Source: Zootoca vivipara (lineage: Eukaryota). From it: DNA of 64,000 nucleotides. The position numbers and the translations under genes are program-made. The notes beneath the pieces were generated by a model, which was not told the origin of the DNA, ran no database searches, and was given only the letters and a program-made list of their open reading frames with translations. Shown one piece after another: positions 1 to 12,000 of the stretch. The DNA is taken from assembly GCF_963506605.1 (NCBI RefSeq), contig NC_083290.1, forward strand, positions 30,008,001-30,072,000, written 5' to 3'. Position 1 is the first letter of the stretch. Every line of letters begins with the position of its first letter.

Positions 1-212
1 GAGCGCTGGGGGGGCAGCAGCTCAGCGCCCTCCCAACATTCCCTGAAGGCATTCCTATGCAAGGAAGACACCCACACACCCCAATCCTGGGCAGAGATGC
101 CAAAACCACCAACCCTCCAAACATCAAACCAGCGAGCAATGGATCTGGCTGGGCTGCGGACATTCTCCTGCCCCCCACCCCAAACCACTCTCTCCCGCTC
201 CCCAGCACCCAC

Positions 213-315
213 CCTTTTGCTGAAGGGCCAGTTGGCGCTTGCTCTCGATATCCTGCAGGGTGCTGGCCAGATTCCGAGGGAGGCTGCCGGTGCCGTTTTG
301 CGGGGACAGGGAGCT
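213..315 (-). CDS. PHLDB1: PHLDB1 exon (SSLSPQNGTGSLPRNLASTLQDIESKRQLALQQK)
   Basis: AG/GT boundaries, 103 nt, strong match to mammalian PHLDB1 peptide. Confidence 0.92.
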
Positions 316-1820
316 CTGCGGGAGAGAAGCAGTTTGGAAGCCGGACCTCTCAGTCCCACCTGACCCTAGAGCAGGGTGCTATGCTGTCAGGCTTCAGGGG
401 ATCCAACCCCACAAGGTAGGTTGCCAGGAATGGATAAGACAAGGAAGTTCTTACCAATGCTTTTTATTCAATAGTCACAGAGAGAGGATTAGAAATGTGG
501 CTTCTTCAAGTAATGGTGTTGCTCCCAAGTGAAACCCCACCCCCTAAGTCTCTCCCATTATTGGGTGGCTAAGCTGTGCCTTCTGCCTCTGAGCTCTCTG
601 CTCTCTTACTTTCAATGCCCACCAGGTTCTGGGAGGGGGGGTCTGGAATACTTTCTAAATACAATGAGTCTGTCAGCTGTCTCTCCCCTAGTGCTTCCTC
701 CTCCTCCTCTTCCATTATTTCCCAGCTTCCCCCTTTCATCCGCCTCTGAACTGTGATCTTCCCTCAAACCCCTGTTGTAATTCTGAACTGTCTCCCTCTT
801 CTCTGGAAGCGTCAGGCTGGGGAGGTGGTGTCCATCATTCCTCATCTGCCCAGTTCCTGACATATGCTCACTGACTGAGGAAGGGGTGATGTGCTCCACT
901 GATACTAGTTCCTCAGCTCCATAAGTCACATTGGCCAGATCTTTTTTTGGGGGGGGGGAGGTTGCGGGGGGGGGGGGGAAGAGGATGAGAAGCAGGAGGG
1001 TTTTCTGGAGATACTCACTAGGCCCAGCTTGGGGGGGGGGGAAGTGGAATGAGGGACCTCAGGGGATGCAAGAGGGAGAAGAACCTGAGTAAGGGGTTAT
1101 GGGCAAATTGAGAGGCTCCCACCACCCCCGCACCTCACCCACTGCCCCACTGTACCTTGGGTGAAGGGCTGCGTCCCAGAGTGGCCACATTCAGCTGCGA
1201 GGAGCTGCCTCCTTTGGGCCAAGCCAAGCTGCTGGAGCCACCGTCCATCTTGGAGCGATAGACCTGCAGGAGGGAAAGAGGTTTGGCAAAGAGGGCATGG
1301 CTTGTGCCCATGCGGGACATGAGGGGAGAGTGCCTCCAAGGGGCACAGCAGCACCTCATCCGGGGACGGTTCGTTACCTGTCGCGGGTCTGGAGATGAGC
1401 GAGCTTTAGCAGGCAGAGGAGGAGGGGAGGAGGAGGAGGAGGAGAGACAAGCAGCAGGGGGGTCTGCTTCAGCCTCAAAGCCAGCTGGGAGGTCCTGGGC
1501 GAAAAGTGGCAGCTGCACTGTGCTCTCTGCCCACCATGGCTCTCTCTGAGGGTGGGGGGCAGAGGGTGGTGGCGAAGGAGGGTAAGAGAGAGAGGAAGGA
1601 GACAGCATGAAAGACTCGGACGGGCAGCTGGCGAAAAGCAAGGCCAGGCAGATGCTACCGGTAGGCACCAGCCCCTGCCCACCCTGCAGAGATGTGTGGG
1701 TCTGGCTCTCCTGCACCGTATTGTTCTAAAGGATAACTCACTGAGTAGCAGGATATAAGTATTCTAAATAAATACACCTCGAGGCCAAAAGAATCCTCCC
1801 TCTCTCTCCCACTGCCCCCA

Positions 1821-1879
<59 letters not shown>

Positions 1880-2597
1880 CAGCTATAACTCCCCCCTGCC
1901 CCAGTGCCTTGCTGCGGTGTGCAGGGCACCCGGCCTATCCCAAAGGAAGCGATGGAGGGAGGGAGAAGGTAGCAAGGGGGTGGGGGTTGCCACAGAAGCA
2001 CAAACCTGGGGGCAGCTGGAGGAGCAGAGCAGCGCCGCTGGCAGGGCAGAAGCAGCGGTGTCTGCCGCGGGGGGTCTGGGGGAGTGGGCAAGCCCTACAG
2101 CCGACCTGACACTGCCCAGAATCACTGCCAGCTGGTCAGTTGTCACGTACTGGGCGGGAAGGAAAAGGGAAAGTGTGAGAGGCAGGCTGCAAGCAGTCTG
2201 GGAGTGCACAAAGCCAGCAGAGAATGCGGGGGGTGGGAGGGAGGAGGCTAGGCTAAGGACCCCCCAAAGAGTGTGCTGGGCTAGAGTTGGCTCCTTCTTC
2301 TTGGGAGGTAGCATGGAATATGGAAGTACCCCCTTTCCCACCTGCCCCTAGACATCTCCTTCAGCTGCATGTACTGTTGCACCAGCCCCAGCAATGGGAC
2401 CCAAAAGGCAGGTACCTCATAGGACAGTGGGGGCGCAGGTGAGGGGATGGCAGGTGCGGAGCTAGCATCTGGCCCACAGCCACAAAATGGGAAAATGTCA
2501 GAAAGTCTCACGTACTCCTAGAAGCAGCCAGGCAGAGAGGAGGAGGAGGAGAATCAGAGTGGGATTGGGGCACTGAGCCAAGGGAGCAATGTCACAC

Positions 2598-2639
<42 letters not shown>

Positions 2640-3049
2640 CAAGCATGGCAACCTGGGAAGGGCCTAACCTGCCTGTGGCCCACAGCTGTGCCAGGTAGCA
2701 TCTACCTGCAAGAGCTACCCGGAGTAGAGCGTCCTGCTCTGAGCTGTTGCCCCTTGCCCAAGTGAGGTCATATTGTGAAAGCTCAACGCAGAGCGGTGTT
2801 CTTGGGACCCGTGGGGAGCAGACATCACACTGGCGAAGAGAAGGGAAAGTCAGCAGGCAGGAGCGTTTGTGTGCATGTGCGCAAACATGGAGGTCGGAGG
2901 GAAGAAGTGATGTATTCCAGAGTCAAGTCTGGGCTGAAACCCGTGCCCACAGATCTAAAGCATGCTGCAAAGTCCAGCCACGGATGGGCACAGCCAAGCC
3001 AGGCAGGGAGGAGATGTTGTAGCGCATGCAACAAGTGGGGAAGCAGCTC

Positions 3050-3085
<36 letters not shown>

Positions 3086-6000
3086 CCGCATAGCATTACC
3101 TCTGTCCTCCCTGGGTAGGGCTGGGCGGAGGAAGCAGTAGCTGCACAGAAGGGGCTTGCAGAGTCAGCCGCCTCCCCCAGTTCAGAGAAAGGAAGCATCT
3201 CCTGCGAGGATGGGAACAGCGGTGAGGGAGCTGCAAGAAAAGCAGGACGCAGGGAAAGAGAGGGGGGCACGAGAGGAAGGTGGCAGGGTCTGTCCGTGGC
3301 AGCCGAACTGCAGAAGAACCCTGAAAATGTCAGCTCAGGTTGTGGGGAGAGGGCAGGGGGGAGGGAAGGAAAGAGAACACGCACAGCCGTCCCAGCCTCT
3401 AAAGGAACCCTCACCTGTTTGGGCAATTAATTCTCAGAACAGAGGCAACGGAGAGGCTGCAGAGATTCTTTCGTCTGCTTCCTACCCCACTAAGTGCTCT
3501 TGTGCCTCATTGCCAGTATGAGAGGCCCCCGCCCTCAAGCTTCCCCAGAAGGGAAAAAGAAAGCAAGTCAGAGAAAGGAGGTTACTGCTGGGAGTCTGGA
3601 AGGAACCAGGTTCCTTCTCCAGCGACGTATCGAGGTACGGGCTGGGAATGGACTCTGCTCAGTGCAGACAGTACTGACCTCAATGGATGCAATGGTCTGG
3701 CTCAATATAATACACATAGCTTATAAAACATGGGAATGACATAGCTCTCATACAAAACTTGAATTCCCTGTTAGTGGGAAATGTGGTCCAGACATGGAAG
3801 ACCCTACTAATAGAAATATTCCGCCTGCTAAACAGCAACAGATGTTTAGATCTGTTCAGAAAAGTCAACTAGAAAAAAATATATTTTAAAAATGGGTTTG
3901 TGGAGTAAGATATTGGGATGGCACGCAGAAATGGGTTTAAGTATTGTGTATGCCCGCCTATGGGCCCTTTGCTGGATTTTATTGCCCTGCCTGTGTTTCC
4001 GAAAATTTGCAAGGAAGGACGTCGCTGCGAATTTCATGCCTGTCTTTAATTACGGCTGCCCCCAAGTTAAATAACGTTTAGCTGACTAATCAAGTGCATA
4101 GCTCTAAATATATGTGCACGATACTAAAACAACAATGGGAAAGCGTGTTTTCTTTGGTTTTAGATGGCACGTGTTTATAGTGCAGGGGATGACATCATAA
4201 AACAGCCCCTCCCAGCTTGAGAAAGAGGGGAGAGGGAGGGGGAGGCAGAATGCCCCTTCTAAGACGGCACCAACCACATGCAGCTTTAGTTTTTATCAGC
4301 AGTTCTGCAAAGCACTTAAAAAATAACTGGCCTTTTTGTTGCTGAATCAGGATGCCTTTTTACTTGATTTAAGTAGGATTTTTAATTTATTCATCAAAGC
4401 GATCAATTCATGAAAAGTTGCAAATCTAAAACTATAAGAAGAACCTGTCTCTCGTTCCTGTTCTCACAGAGGCCAACAAAGATGTCTCCAAGCAGGGCAT
4501 GAGTGGATCATAGGAGGGTGCCATTTTAGCGGCTGAAACTTAATCTTTGCAAATTTCTTCAGTGAAGGGTCTTAAAAATATGTTTTTGGGTGTGAGGAAT
4601 TCAAATCTGCTATTAATTTCGTGATTGGACGACATTTAGCTTGGCAAGTCCAAGTGTGATGAAGAAGCACATGAACTATTTTCAGAAAACCAAAGAATTT
4701 TAATTTTATCTTCTGAAAATGACAGGTAATGCTTAATAATAATAATAATAAAACTGCAAGTACTTGGCAATCATTTTTAATGATTTCTATGCAATTTTGC
4801 ACACATTTTACCAACCAAGCAAAACTAAACGAAATATGTTTTGAGTTCCCTATACTACATTTTAGCAGTCTTCATTTTTGGAATTTGAAGGCTGAAAAAT
4901 TCAGCACGCCCTAGACTGGAAGAGTCCTTTTTTTTTTTAATGGCTCTGGAAAATCTCAATAATGGGAGATAATAATAACTAACTATCTCGGACTATGGGA
5001 GACTGGCTGGAGCAGCAGCTCTGAACATGAGGTCCCAGCACACCAAGCTTTCCTGGGCAGGGTTTGCCTCTTCACCTCCCTCTCAGCCTCCTTCCTTAGT
5101 AAGGAAAGATTCCCATCGAACTCTGTGCTGTTAGCAGGGTAAGGTGGGAGAAAGGAAGAAACAACAAGCACTGCTAAGGCAAGGGCTCGCTTCCCACTCA
5201 CCCAAGTTCAGGAGGCTGCAAAAGTCTGCACCCTTGGGGCTTTGCTGAAGCCCCACCACCACCACCAAGAACCTGGGCACCCACAGAGGTCCTTTTACCT
5301 CTCGCAGAGCTGTAGAGGCCTTGGGGAAGCCGGATCCACCAGTCAGCACCCGGTACCGTCTCTCTAGCGCAAGGAGGGTCTCCTTCTCCTACCACAGGGA
5401 AGGAAAAGGGAGAAGCTTGTTGGGGTGCTTCCAGCCATACCACCCAGCCTCCAGCTCCCTCTCCCCTATGGCACAGTGCCAAGGGGAGAGCCATGCCGTC
5501 CCTCATGTCAACAGGCCAGGTCCCACCTAACCTTCCCCCAGTGGAGGAATGGTTCTGGCAGGACAGAAGCCCCACTCCAGGTGGCCCTGCCCTGCCTGCA
5601 ATGCCTCGCCCAGCTCTGTCAGATGCCCTCCCTGCCAGGCGGTACCTTCTGCAGCATCTGCAAGGTGGTGGCTTTCTCCTTGCCCAGCCGGTCAGCCTCC
5701 TGGGCAGCCTGCAGCCTGATCTGGTTGGCTTGACTCTCCAGCGCTGCCAGGCGTTCCTGCGGGGACACGGAAAGAGCGGGGTTGGGGGCTGAGCAAGTGC
5801 CACGTGGCCAGTCGCCCCCCCCCGGCTCAAAGGGCTTCCTTCTCCGCTCTCGCCCACCCACCTTCCTCCGTGCCATGCTGCGGTGGCTCTCGGCTTTGCT
5901 GTGCAGGAGCTGCTGGCTGAGCATCTCGCGTTCCTCCTCTAGGCGGCTCTCCTTCTCCAGGTGCTGGAACTCCAGGTCCTCAAAGAGCTTGGTCTCCGTC

Positions 6001-9000
6001 TCCAGGGCCTCTGCTTCCTGCAGCAGGGACACAGCGGCTCAGCTGGGACTCGGGAAAGGCGGCTGGCTTGGGCAGGGGGAAGGAACATGGGTCCATCTAG
6101 CTCAGCAAGGATTTCCAGGGGGTTTTCTCCTGGAGATGCTGCTGGGGATTGGACCCAGGACCTTCTATCTGTGTCCAGTCCAAGCCTTCCAGAGGGTCAC
6201 TGGGCAGGTGGGACAAGGGTCCAAAGGCTGCAGAGCCAGCAGAAGCAACCTGAAGGACAGGGCTGCTCTGGCTCTCCTCTGCAAGCAAACCCTTGCGGAA
6301 AAAATCCCAAATGGGGCAAGGTGAGCTCTTTTTTAATCAAAAGAAAACGTAACTAGCAAAACGGTTCAAGGAGGAAAGTAGCCTGAGGGGCATTCAAGGG
6401 AGAAAGGAGCTGGCAGCCTCCTGGAGACTCCTCTGGCGCCAGCAGGAGCCATGAAAAAGGGGTGTAGGGTGGGTTTCTTGAGGAGCTGCTAGGACTTGGC
6501 AACCCTTGCTCCCTGCCAGGATGGGCTCAGCTTCATTCCAGCCTTAGCCCCTTCATGCTCCGCAAAGAGGGGTCAAGGAGAGGCGTGCCCCCACTCATGA
6601 TCTGAGCTCCCTCTTCCGGAAAAGCCGTCCTCCCAAGAAGAAGAGCTGCCAAGGCGGCCAGGGTGCCAGGCCCTGCCGAGTTGTGCCCCACCAACCCAAG
6701 CCAGCTTGCCATGCTTACCCTCAGCCAGGCGCTGACCCCGGCTGCAGGCGGGGAGATGGTGGGGGGCAAGGGAGGAGACACTGACCCTTTGCATCTGGTC
6801 CTGCAACTGCTCCCTCATTGACTCAGGGCAGTTATCAAGCTGGTGCTTGAGCTCAGAGTATAGTGCCCGCAGTCGCTCAAGTTCCTTCCTTTCAGCATCA
6901 ACCTTTGCCCTCTCCTGAATCCGGGAGAAAACAACACACACGGGAAAAGAGAGAGAAAGAGAGAGAGAGAGAAAACACACTTCTCAAGAGCAGGCCATGC
7001 AAAGCAAGGGGGCAGGAGGTTAGCAAGGGGGCTCAAACTCTAACAGGGTTACCAGGCAGCTACTGGGAACCTCAGTCTTGCGTCTCAAAGTCACCCATGT
7101 ACCCAAAGGGCAGGCTTGGCCACCCACAAGTCCTCCCCGGCCAATTACTGGCCTGCCCAGAAGAGTCCGCCATGTCAGCTGTCGCAAAGCTCTCTAGAGA
7201 TACTCAGGAGTCCGGGAAATGGGCATTTTCAGGATGAGACACACACCCTCCCTTCAGCCCCATCCCAGCCATGACTCATGTCACACAAGCTTTGCTATGT
7301 TTGAGACACAAAACTAGGCTCACACCTTTCTGGAGTTAGTGCAGCACCATTTCCTGGGGGCTCTGGGCACTTTGGGGGTACATGTCTGTGAGTGAGTGGG
7401 CAGCAGGAGAGAGGCACCAGGCCCACACTGGGGGCAGCAAGTCCCTTGCCCCCCGTGGCCAAGGCTGCATGCCGGATCTGACTTCACAGAATGTGGCAGG
7501 GGCACACAAGGGACAACCTTAGCTTATATTTAGGAGCCGTGTTTTTTTAAAAAGGTTCCTATCCCCTTATGACTGCAGATAGATTCATAAGCTGGATGTG
7601 GTTTGGGGAACACCAGCCAAAGCCTCCGTAGTCAAGGGGGAGAGAGAGGGTGGTGCAGATTCCCAAGGGATTGGGGCCTATGGGGCTTCCAGGCCCCTCC
7701 CCTAAGCAGAAAACCCAGAATTGGTTTTGAGAAATAGCAAATGTGGACTAATAAATTATACAGGATGAAAGAAAAGGTGCACATGTGTGCAATTTATACA
7801 AATTGCAGAACTGAGCTTTCCTCGGGGCAGAATGGCAGCCCTTTGGGGCTTGGGCTGCTCTGCCAATGCAGCCTCATCTGCCCTGGGGCACAGACTTCAG
7901 CTCTGGGCACAAGGTGGAGGAAAGGAAAGGAGGTTTCTGACGCTTGTGATGTAGAGGCTTGAAAGGTGACTAGGTGAAGGGGGTCAGGGGGCCTCAAGTG
8001 CCCTGCAGAGGGGCAGTCAGCAGAATAGGCGAGGCAAAATAAAAAACAATAGAATGTATCATCCAGTTTTCCTTGGGGCAGAATCTCAAGGTGGGTGGGT
8101 GGGTGTGAGTGTCAGCTGCCGCTTTTCAGTTCTGAGTCACCTGGCCTAGGCATCCTGCCTTGCCACCCCATCCACACAGACTGCCCTGTGCAGTATTGAT
8201 CCCCCCCCCTGGCTTTGGCCCTCACGACCCTGTGAAATGAGATCACTTGCACAGCCCTCAAAGACTCCACGTCGCCCTGAGTTTTTATAGTGAACTTAGT
8301 GTGCCAGCAGTAGACTGGGTGGTTCTCCACTGTCCTTAAGGAATAATCCAAAGCTGGGGAGGCCTACACACTGGGAAACAGAACAGCGAGCCCTGAGCCC
8401 GCCTTCAACGGCATCAGCAGTTGTGCATCCAAATCCGTTTCCTTAACAAACCTGCAAGTTTTCCCGCAGCTAGACTGAAGTGCTGAAGAGGCTGGAGCAC
8501 CCTGCCTGTTGGCGAGCAGCTGGGATGGGCACCCACATGGGGGAGAGGGAGGGCACTGCAGAGCTCCTTCAAGGCACCCAAGCCCCCACAGATCCCCAGG
8601 AGGTGCCAAGACTAGGCCCTGGAGCCGTGCCCCTGCCAGGCAGCCTCCGGTCGGGTGGGATGTTTGTACACATGCAATAGACCCTCCCTCCTCCTCCTCC
8701 TCCTGTCTTTTGGGCTTCAGCCATGCTCCGCCTCACTGTCTCAGTTAGGGTGGCCCACCAGCAAGATGCAGGCAGGCAGGCATCCAAGCAATCAGAGTCA
8801 GAGAGAGAAAGAGAGACAGAGAGAGAACGGAGAGAGGGTTAGAGCTGGTTAGTGCGAGGCGGGGGGGTTAGTGGCAGCACTTCGCAAGGTGTGTGCGTCC
8901 CTCGGGCTCCCTGCGGGAGCAAAGGTTTGAGAAAGGCTGGGAATCGGCAGCCCCCAAACAAGCACCTGGGAGGCTAAATGCAAGGGAGTCCATTGGCATG

Positions 9001-12000
9001 GTGGGAATCGGGTCCCAGGGGCAACTTGCTTCCATCCCCAGCCAGCCAAGGTGCTGGTCTGGAGCTCCCTGTCTCGCAGTCAAACTTCTTCTTAATGCCT
9101 CTGGTCTGGAAAGATGAATTGGGGCAAGGAAGAGCCCAGCCTTGAGCAGCGCCAGGGAGGTGGATGCAAACAGCACTGCCTAGCTTGAGAAGAGATACCT
9201 CAGACACCAAAGCTTGGAAAGAGAGGGCTCCCCTCCGGAGCCCCCCAAGCAGTTTTCCAGCTTACCACGAAGCACCAAGCGGAACCGCCCCAAGTTCAGC
9301 TCCCGAGCGAGTCACCTCGGCTTGAAAACCCAGCAGAGATGCGAGGGAAAGTGCCAGGGCACCTTTTGGAACCCAGGTCCCCTCGGTGTAGCATCCTTGG
9401 GGATGGGGTAAGGAACAGAGCAGCCAAGCTGGGCGGAGCGGGGCCAGCCCAAGCCGAGGGCCACATCTGGCTTGGTTGCACCTCCCCAAAGAAGAAGGGT
9501 GGGCAGGTGGCAGTGGGGCAGCCAAAAGGCCTCGGGTGCCAGCCATTTACCTTGTCCCGGTGGATGGCGGCGTCCAGACCAGACATGCGCTCCTGCAACT
9601 GCTTCACTGCCTTCTGCTCCTGCTGCAGCTGGATCAGCTCAGCCTCCCGCTCGCCTTGCAGGAGGGCCCGCTCCATCTCCGCCTGGGCAAGAGACAAGGA
9701 GCCCCATCATGCTAAGACTCAGCGACCACCTCCAGGCCTCTCTCTGCAGGAGGAGCCATCGGGAGGTGGGGGTGAGTTAGAGGCCTCCCTGAACTCCAGC
9801 AACTCTTCATTGATGAATGAAGTCTAGGACTGGGCCCCTCCTGGGGTGTGCCCTGCCCATCAGCATGACCAAACGGGGTTCAGCCAAGAGGAAGGAGCCC
9901 TACCCTTTGCCCTCATCCCTGCCTAACCTCTCGGGCTGTTTCCTGCAGCTGCTGCTCCAGCTCCTTAGCTCGGCTCTTCAGCTGATCGACGCTGGCCAGG
10001 ACACGGGTGCGCTCTTCCTCCAACAGAGCCGCCTCCCGGCTGGCTTTGGCGCTGGGTGGCTCTTCGTGCTGCGGAAGGTTTGGGAAATCAGCAAAGAGGG
10101 TAGCCTAATTAGAAGGCTTATTTGACACCGGGCACAAAAGAAAGCTGATGCAAGAAAACTTGGTGTGTCCTTGAGGACTAGGCCTTCCTGCTGCATGTAA
10201 AGCATAAGCCGACACGTTTAAAGAAAAAGGGAGAGAATGCTTCTCTCAGGTCTTTGAAACAATAGAGAATTTAATAAGAACAACATAAAGGATTGTCATA
10301 TTGGTATCCTCAGACTAGTTTCATCAAAGGAAACCTTGAAAGGGGGGTAATTAATTTTCCCCTCAGTCATTCTTTGTATTATATTGCTCTGTTGTGGTGT
10401 TCAATGCTAATAGTCTGGTAAATATGTCCAAGAGGGACTATGTCTTGTTAGATTAACGACTTTGATAAAGTGGGATTATAAACCTTGGAAAGGTTATAAT
10501 CAAAGGGGGGATTAATGAAAAAAATCAGTGACCCCCAGGTGTATATTTTTTATTTTAATCATGTTTCAATATTAACTGCATTTAACCTTTGGCTAGAATG
10601 CATCCGTGAATGATTCCCGCATGTCTGCATTTTGTGACTCTCATGCCTCATTCCTAGGCTGCATTCCATCTCTCCTATCTTACCCTGAAAGTGGCACAAA
10701 CGGCAAGATGTTTTCCTATGTCTGTTGTGAGTTAGCACTGGCATCTCCTTGGGAGGTTCCAGGGACAGGCATGGGAAAGGAATGTCAGCAGCCCCCACAG
10801 AATAGTTAGGACTAAATGGTTTCGGACGCCCCAGGAAAGGTGATTACCAGTGTGAGGTCAAGTATCTCCATATCCCATGACTTGTAACCTTTCTTGAGGT
10901 ATGTAGAAGAATGATTGATGTTTATGACTCCTTGTCTGCTGTGCTTGAAATCCTATATAAGCTTTGTTACAAATTTGCTCTGGGCCGTCCTCCTAACTAG
11001 CATCAGGTAGGTAGCCATGATGGTGTGTGTGAAGAAGTCTGCATGCACACGAAAGCTCATACCAGAACATACTTAGTTGGTCTCTAAGGTGCTACTGGAC
11101 ATTTTATTTATTTATTTCTCCTAGCTAGCAGTTCTGCTGAGAGGCTGTCCTATTGCAATAGCTCTAATAAACTGGATCTGCTGAAGCTTGCTTCTAATTC
11201 TCTTGGTTCCATGTGTTATGTTTAATAGGTGCTCCCTGTGCAACAAACAGGTGGGCTAGAAATAAATTCATACCACAACACCAGCCATGAACTCTGCTAG
11301 CCAGAGGTCTCCCAGGCACACTGGGGGTGGGACAGGCATAGAACTCTTCTCCCCAAGGAGATGGAGGAACGCACAAGCCACTCTCTTCTCTCTGAGCCTA
11401 CCAAGGTTACCTGCCAAGTCAGCTGCCCCCAATCTGTTGCGGGACTCCAACTCCCATCAGCCCCAGCCAGCCTGGTGATTGGTCAGGGAAGATGGCAGCT
11501 GTATTCCAAAAAACGGGTGGAAGGTGCCGGTTCGGGGAGCAAAGGAGCACTCCACCCAGGGCAGTCCCTGATGCTCCTCCTCATCCTCCCAACACCAAGC
11601 ATGGCCCTCTCACCTCCTGGCCGGCACTCTCAGTGCTGCTGCTTTCCTCCTTCAGGTGGTCCTCATCCGAGCGCTCCAAGCTCTCCCTCTCCCGCAGGCC
11701 CAGGGTTCCCACCAGCTGCTCCTTCGCTCGTCCAAGATTGATGGAGCCCTTGGAGGGCCTCCTTCCCAGCTGGCCAGCACCCTCGGCAGCAGCGCTGGGG
11801 AAGGTGTTGTGCTCCTGGCCTGGATCGCCATCGCTGTGAGTGTACTCGGCACACAGGCTCAGGATGGTCTCCAGTCGCTGCCGCTCCTAAGCAAAGGGCA
11901 GAGGGGTGAAAGGAACGCTGTCAGTATCGGCATCCCAAGACTTTCGGTGCTCTGGCAGGAGCCACAGCTGACCCCTCCCCACCCAGGCTCCCTCCAACCT

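Noticed and set aside
2342-2373. YMQLKEM segment resembling the neighbouring cassette exon starts
   Set aside because: Poor polypyrimidine tract and no donor that preserves phase 0.
5202-5244. Strong GTGAGT donor at 5201 with several nearby acceptors (possible micro-exon)
   Set aside because: The candidate lengths (14, 24, 31, 43 nt) shift the frame or contain a stop; unsupported without RNA data.
6719-6741. 23-nt pseudo-exon with CAG acceptor and GTAAGC donor
   Set aside because: Frameshifting and only 44 nt from the preceding donor.
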